From assembly GCA_030704615.1 (NCBI GenBank), contig CM060732.1:82026001-82090000 (forward strand): a stretch of 64,000 nucleotides of DNA. Reading direction: 5' to 3'. The DNA is from Takakia lepidozioides (lineage: Eukaryota; Plantae; Bryophyta). A program made the translations under genes and the position numbers. Positions 63,065-64,000 of this stretch are shown one piece after another. The stretch's first letter is position 1. Each line of letters starts with the position of its first letter. The notes under the pieces are model-generated. The model was given only the letters and a program-made list of their open reading frames with translations. It did no database searches and was not told the origin of the DNA.

Positions 63065-64000
63065 TTTATGCCACCCATAACCTCCTCAGCCTTGTCTTCA
63101 TAATGTCCTTCAAATGATGCTTCCTCACCATCACCTTCTGCCACTGCCGCATCTCCCCACTAGAAGCATTCGTGTCATTTACCACTGGGGTAATGACTCA
63201 TTTTGAGTCGTAAAAGTCAAAAAACTGGGATCGACTGGAAGTTACAAACGACTAGTTACAACAGACGTGGTAGTTGGGTTGGACATCTAATGATTGGAGT
63301 GGTAAAGGACGCAGACGCGTGAACAACTGTTCAGCGATTAATGCGATTAATGCTGAAGAACCACGTGGCGTAACCAAGCGGGCCGCCCGTGTGTCTGACC
63401 TTTTGGGCTGACTTTGACTTTTCCCTCCGGATGAGTGGACCGACTCACCGAAGCGCGGTGACACATGGACGCGGACGTGGACGCGGACGTGTATGACGAT
63501 GTGGACGCCGACGTGGCGGCACCACGACGAGCAGCACTACGGCCACGTGGCCACGGGCCCGGGGCGCCACGTGGTAGTAGACCACATAACTTGCAGTGCT
63601 ACATGCCCAGTGGCAATTGGCGACGCGGAAGTTGGCGCAACCACTGCTTTACTACTTTACATGAAGTGCTCGAAATTACTTGAACAATCATTCATAGTGA
63701 TTCATGCTTTGGAGTTTTGGTGTTTGTAGTGAGTCGACTAGTAATGCCATACAAGAGAACTAATCATGCATTAGAAATGCACAAACGATGAAAGACATGC
63801 CATGAAACAAAATGAAATGAAAATGAAACAAAATGGTACTTTATTACATCTGCGGAAAGCTCAAAGAGCTTATGGGACAAGTAAAAAAGCAGCCCAAAAG
63901 TTACTGCTGCTCTGGGGATTGCCTAAGGGTCAAGGCCTCGTGCAAGTAAGCTGCCAAACAGTTCTAATCCTCATAATGCAAGACTTCAGTGAGTTCCACG

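Overview
Eukaryotic, intron-rich nuclear DNA from a seed-free land plant, most likely a bryophyte or lycophyte (inferred from a BTA1 betaine-lipid synthase gene and moss/lycophyte-type Ty3/gypsy elements). Host genes reconstructed by hand from GT-AG exons: 3' part of BTA1 (+, to 2200), a CPBP/CAAX-protease gene (+, 5383-10500), a CWC24/RNF113 splicing factor (-, 12105-14586) head-to-head with a U2 snRNA gene (+, about 14804-14999), a small conserved MGSLMAGWD...WWTRS protein (+, 27323-29233) and HRQ1 helicase (-, 37937-50558). The rest is mobile-element rich. There are two tandem hAT MITEs carrying a tRNA-SINE and a TA-flanked mariner-type MITE. A non-LTR retrotransposon family has six copies that mostly sit at (GA)n/(TC)n microsatellites, three with clear target-site duplications (TSDs), and a second retroposon family has a (CATTT)n tail. 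Beyond 52 kb lies a nested TE cluster: a gypsy integrase ending in a PHD finger with an A-B-A LTR, a Harbinger-like remnant, two SWIM-finger ORF copies with phased palindrome arrays, a chromovirus, and a spliced ParB/Srx-like (DGNHR) pseudogene. All calls were made by eye without database searches, so TE boundaries are approximate.
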